From positions 21,824,001 to 21,888,000 of the forward strand of contig OZ249450.1 of assembly GCA_965235115.1 (NCBI GenBank): a stretch of 64,000 bases of DNA, written 5' to 3'. The notes under the pieces are model-generated. The model worked only from the letters and a program-made list of their open reading frames with translations. It was not told the origin of the DNA and made no database searches. This stretch comes from Laetmonice hystrix. Its lineage: Eukaryota. A program made the translations under genes and the position numbers. Every line of letters begins with the position of its first letter. Positions within the stretch are counted from its first letter, which is position 1. This document shows positions 61,501-64,000 of the stretch, piece after piece.

Positions 61501-64000
61501 TCAATTCCATCATTCCTGCAACCATCACACATGCAAATTGAAGATTTTTGTAAAGAACAGTGCAGGCGATTTTTAAGACCTACATTTCTATGAAACTTCC
61601 GGTTAAACATAAAATTTTAATGGTACTTAAGTTAACAAAGGAATTCTGAAATCTGAGACCTTTTTTAGATCTTTGCGGGGAAAAAAACATAATTTAAAAC
61701 TTTTTAAGGCCAAGTTATTGAATGTATAATCAATATGAGGACTTTTCAGGCTTTTCAAGGATCTACAATACCATTACCACTGATGTTGGCATACAGCAGT
61801 TGATGAGCGCCGTACATGAATGCTGACTTACCAGCACAGTAATGATTGACAAGTCGATGGGAGTTTACCTTGATGCCAGGGTCCCTGGCTAGTTGTACAC
61901 GTATGTTGGGTTCAGCGGTCGGGTTGCCTCCTGCGTCACACAGCTGTACCATCAGTGACTGTTGTAGCTTGTTCTCATTGTATACAGAAATAGGCTAGCA
62001 AAACAAAAACACAAAGTTACCATTACATACTTAAACCATATGGATTACATCATCACTAAAGAGCCAACGACTAAGACATATTTCAAAATGTGTCTTTACC
62101 CATTTTCATATTATTTAAACTAATGTATTTTAAAGAGGTTTTCAATGCAAGACAGACAGAGGACAGTTCAGAGTACAATTTTTAAACGTAGACAATCTCA
62201 ATATTTGTATTTCTAACATTCAGTCATTGTTCACATTTTCATGCTTACCTGTAGAACATCCCAGTCTGGTATGGTTAACTTGGCCGGGGGTCCAGCAATC
62301 ATCTGTAGGCGGACGTAGTCAGTCATACCACGCCAGCTGACGACAACTTCGCGGCTGCCCAGGGTGCCTGACTGGAAGCGGATGCCGTGGATGTTGAAGC
62401 CGGAGCTCTGACCAAGCGCCCGGACCGTTTCCTCCAGCACCAGACCTTCACCCGTCACAGACAGATCCTTCAACACCCCCTTCTCCAGCTGTAATTTAAT
62501 ATTTGTAACATCAGTAAACATTCAAAAAATAACATCGAACCACTACCTAAACTCACACCAACATCAGTAAACATTCAAAAAATAACATCGACCTAAACTC
62601 ACACCAACATCAGTAAACATTCAAAAAATAACATCGACCTAAACTCACACCAACATCAGTAAACATTCAAAAAATAACATCGACCTAAACTCACACCAAC
62701 ATCAGTAAACATTCAAAAAATAACATCGACCTAAACTCACACCAACATCAGTAAACATTCAAAAAATAACATCGAACCACGACCTGAACTCACACCAACA
62801 TCAGTAAACTTTAAAAAAATAACATCGAACCATGACCTAAACTCACACCAACATCAGTAAACATTCAAAAATAACATCGAACCACGACCTAAACTCACAC
62901 CAACATCAGTAAACATTCAAAAAATAACCTCAAACCACGACCTAACCTCACACCAACATCAGTAAACATTCAAAAAATAACATCGAACCACGACCTAACC
63001 TCACACCAACATCAGTAAACATTGAAAAAATAACATCGAACCACGACCTAAACTCACACCAACATTCAAGAAAGTTGACTTGAGACTGTAGCTGTTGGCC
63101 CTACTTCTCATTTTTAAGTTCATGACAGGAACGGAGAGAAATCTTTTACCTTTTTGATCTCGTTGCCATGTTTGTCCTTGACCCCAACAAGGATGTCTCC
63201 CTGGAGTTTTTCTCCCATCTTGACAGAATTGTCTCCGCTAAGTTTACACTTTATTTGAGATGGCTCTCCTGGCATTGACCTAAATACATGAACAAACAAG
63301 AAGATATTATTACGTCCTTCAACATGCAGGAAACAGGAGAAAAAAAGAAAATTGGAAATTTGAACTATTCAAATTTCAATCAATTGTCCACACTTACTTG
63401 ACGGTAAAAGCGAACTCCAGGCCCGAACCGTCGCCCAGTGAGATGTGACAGTATTTGGTGTCAGCGACAAGGTTTGGTACCTTGACGTCTGGCAGAGTAC
63501 CGTGTGCTACGTCTTCCTTTGATACCTTCGGTGTCCAGTTCACTTTCACCTTATTCATAAACTCATCGTCTATGTCCTTGGATCGCCCCGCTTCATCTGT
63601 TACTTTGAAGGCTGAAATTTTTATAAACAACCACCATGATTGAAAATAGTCACAAAAGAAAGCGCAGGGCCCTGGTTCTCGGAGAGCTCATACTGCGCAA
63701 GCTCAGGAACTATAGGTGTCTCAGACTTATGGTTCATGAGCTCAGCATTGAATTTCAACTATTGTTTCACGAGGAAACCAGCCCGAGGGTTTATTGGGGA
63801 ACGAGGTTTATCTAGGCTTCTCCTAGACCTCTGTCAATCAATGGTGCAAGGCAAAGTAACAAATGACAAAAATGACAAGACAATGCCTGTCTTGCCACAG
63901 TGGATGAAGAAAGACATCGGCAAGATGAAGCCTAGTTATTCAGGATAGGTTACCAAGTCCCTTGATGGTCTGGCCTGCGATGCCGTAGATATCTTGGCCT
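43352..64000 (-). CDS. SMCHD1: SMCHD1 orthologue, 3' ~half (21 exons, ~973 aa; 5' end beyond window)
   Basis: Spliced translation follows recalled vertebrate SMCHD1 collinearly ([115 protein letters not shown]); all 20 introns are GT-AG with matching phases. Confidence 0.96.
43994..44152 (-). CDS. SMCHD1: SMCHD1 exon (C-terminal coiled coil)
   Basis: [53 protein letters not shown]; phase 1 to 1. Confidence 0.92.
44384..44555 (-). CDS. SMCHD1: SMCHD1 exon (hinge)
   Basis: [46 protein letters not shown]...; phase 0 to 1. Confidence 0.96.
44839..44909 (-). CDS. SMCHD1: SMCHD1 exon (hinge)
   Basis: [24 protein letters not shown]; phase 1 to 0. Confidence 0.96.
45101..45207 (-). CDS. SMCHD1: SMCHD1 exon (hinge)
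   Basis: [35 protein letters not shown]; phase 2 to 1. Confidence 0.93.
45363..45451 (-). CDS. SMCHD1: SMCHD1 exon (hinge)
   Basis: [29 protein letters not shown]; phase 0 to 2. Confidence 0.95.
46012..46113 (-). CDS. SMCHD1: SMCHD1 exon (hinge)
   Basis: [34 protein letters not shown]; phase 0 to 0. Confidence 0.96.
46276..46395 (-). CDS. SMCHD1: SMCHD1 exon
   Basis: [40 protein letters not shown]; phase 0 to 0. Confidence 0.93.
46451..46636. repeat. Short-period (~13-15 bp) AGTGTCACAGTT tandem repeat
   Basis: More than 12 degenerate copies of GTGTCACAG in an SMCHD1 intron. Confidence 0.9.
46889..46974 (-). CDS. SMCHD1: SMCHD1 exon (coiled coil)
   Basis: [29 protein letters not shown]; phase 1 to 0, donor GTAAGT. 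Confidence 0.9.
47069..47110 (-). mobile_element. Fragment resembling the conserved V-SINE/Meta-type SINE central domain
   Basis: Reverse complement GGTCGGTGTTTTTCCCGGGATACTCCCGTTTCCTCATCCAT resembles the recalled GGTTTTCTCCGGGTACTCCGGTTTCCTCC motif. Confidence 0.45.
47147..47315. mobile_element. hAT-like poly-G/C MITE
   Basis: CAGGATTTCCTGTAGG ... CCTCTAGGAAACCCTG (13 of 16 inverted match). Confidence 0.65.
47686..47805 (-). CDS. SMCHD1: SMCHD1 exon (start of coiled coil)
   Basis: [40 protein letters not shown]; phase 1 to 1; joined to 59031 across an 11.2-kb intron. Confidence 0.96.
47940..48016. repeat. 33-bp G-rich tandem repeat, ~2.3 copies
   Basis: CAATCAGGGGGTTTGGGGCAGGGGCAGAGGTAA at 47940, 47973, 48006. 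Confidence 0.85.
49540..49760. repeat. Degenerate AT-rich tandem repeat (TGGTATATGTTATATGGTTTATAAACCACCTAACA-like)
   Basis: Recurring GGTATATGTTA / GGTTTATAAAC motifs. Confidence 0.7.
51968..53018. repeat. 60-bp minisatellite, ~17 units with variants
   Basis: AACAACTGACTACTCGCTACACCCAACAACAACGTCAGTGTGAGTCGAGGAAATCAACTC; one plus-strand frame is open (52065-53102). Confidence 0.95.
54075..56152 (+). CDS. Nested gene exon: LRR array plus linker
   Basis: Pyrimidine-rich acceptor CTTTATTCACCCTCCGACCCAG; LRRs from ELNLSNLDL to TFNVQGNRI; donor AG|GTACAA. Confidence 0.9.
54075..57606 (+). CDS. Nested LRR-ZU5 protein (PIDD1-like domains, no death domain), 4 coding exons, ~900 aa
   Basis: Exons 54075-56152, 56414-56708, 57070-57344, 57522-57606 join in frame (phases 2, 0, 2); 16 LxxLxLxxNxL repeats, S/R/P-rich linker, ZU5 (VTPAGG..S..P.I.V.FP..A...P..I.LQ ... 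F...VT..IP.P) ending in WHFS. Likely start is ATG 54096 (A at -3) or an unseen upstream exon. Confidence 0.88.
56414..56708 (+). CDS. Nested gene exon: pre-ZU5 segment and ZU5 N-terminal half
   Basis: SLNEYG...[45 protein letters not shown]; acceptor CCAACAG, donor GTTAGC. Confidence 0.9.
57070..57344 (+). CDS. Nested gene exon: ZU5 C-terminal half with HFS motif
   Basis: [10 protein letters not shown]...[26 protein letters not shown]...[12 protein letters not shown]; acceptor TTTTACAG, donor GG|GTCAGT. Confidence 0.9.
57522..57606 (+). CDS. Nested gene last coding exon
   Basis: Acceptor TTTTCTGTTTCCAG; [30 protein letters not shown]; AATAAA at 57687-57692. Confidence 0.7.
57687..57692 (+). 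terminator. Candidate polyadenylation signal of the nested gene
   Basis: AATAAA ~80 nt after the predicted stop; further AATAAA at 58497 and 58566. Confidence 0.4.
57822..57945. repeat. ~32-bp tandem repeat (GCCAGCCAAGCCTACAGGAGTGTACACATTCT), ~4 copies
   Basis: Repeated GCCAGCCAAG motif, with partial copies near 57975 and 58010. Confidence 0.85.
59031..59163 (-). CDS. SMCHD1: SMCHD1 exon
   Basis: [44 protein letters not shown]; phase 0 to 1. Confidence 0.94.
59481..59636 (-). CDS. SMCHD1: SMCHD1 exon
   Basis: [52 protein letters not shown]; phase 0 to 0. Confidence 0.94.
60032..60248 (-). CDS. SMCHD1: SMCHD1 exon
   Basis: [43 protein letters not shown]...[12 protein letters not shown]; phase 2 to 0. 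Confidence 0.92.
60458..60635 (-). CDS. SMCHD1: SMCHD1 exon
   Basis: [28 protein letters not shown]...[10 protein letters not shown]; phase 1 to 2. Confidence 0.94.
60846..61003 (-). CDS. SMCHD1: SMCHD1 exon
   Basis: [52 protein letters not shown]; phase 2 to 1. Confidence 0.94.
61353..61432 (-). CDS. SMCHD1: SMCHD1 exon
   Basis: [26 protein letters not shown]; phase 0 to 2. Confidence 0.92.
61869..61994 (-). CDS. SMCHD1: SMCHD1 exon
   Basis: [42 protein letters not shown]; phase 0 to 0. Confidence 0.94.
62249..62488 (-). CDS. SMCHD1: SMCHD1 exon
   Basis: [16 protein letters not shown]...[46 protein letters not shown]; phase 0 to 0. Confidence 0.95.
62507..63065. repeat. 53/46-bp minisatellite, 11 units, filling most of an SMCHD1 intron
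   Basis: AACATCAGTAAACATTCAAAAAATAACATCG(AACCACG)ACCTAAACTCACACC; starts at 62507, 62560, 62606, 62652, 62698, 62744, 62797, 62850, 62902, 62955, 63008. Confidence 0.95.
63150..63279 (-). CDS. SMCHD1: SMCHD1 exon
   Basis: [43 protein letters not shown]; phase 2 to 0. Confidence 0.94.
63398..63611 (-). CDS. SMCHD1: SMCHD1 exon
   Basis: [46 protein letters not shown]...LEFAFTV; phase 1 to 2. Confidence 0.95.
63954..64000 (-). CDS. SMCHD1: SMCHD1 exon, truncated by the window edge
   Basis: [15 protein letters not shown] then donor GTAACC; phase 1. Confidence 0.85.

Noticed and set aside
42165-63065. CRISPR-like appearance of the 43-, 60- and 53-bp arrays (and the 30/37-bp ones)
   Set aside because: Units are head-to-tail with no unique spacers, there are no cas genes, and the context is eukaryotic.

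Overview
Intron-rich animal genomic DNA, most likely from a marine invertebrate judging by its repeat types, with three assembly gaps. There are no prokaryotic features and no CRISPR array. Three protein-coding genes can be reconstructed exon by exon with consistent GT-AG boundaries and reading phases. (1) The 3' ~half of an SMCHD1 orthologue lies on the minus strand (21 exons, 64000 to 43352, about 973 aa including the SMC hinge); its 5' part is beyond the window. (2) A plus-strand gene is nested antisense inside an 11.2-kb SMCHD1 intron (4 exons, ~54075-57606, ~900 aa). It encodes 16 LRRs, a disordered linker and a PIDD1/ankyrin-type ZU5 domain with an intact HFS autoproteolysis motif, but apparently no UPA or death domain. 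(3) A minus-strand CUB-domain gene has 4 solid exons (12691 to 5274, two CUB domains); its first and last exons are unresolved. There is also one canonical tRNA-Ser(UGA). The rest is non-autonomous DNA transposons, SINE-like fragments and minisatellites. The transposons include TTAA-flanked Kolobok-like, hairpin Harbinger-like, Tc1/mariner-like and hAT-like MITEs, a Helentron-like element, and a 3.3-kb TIR element packed with nested MITEs. Several minisatellites carry splice signals; the clearest is a 6-copy array that duplicates a CUB exon's branch point and acceptor, each extra copy leading to a stop. All identifications are by eye or from recalled sequences; no database search was run.
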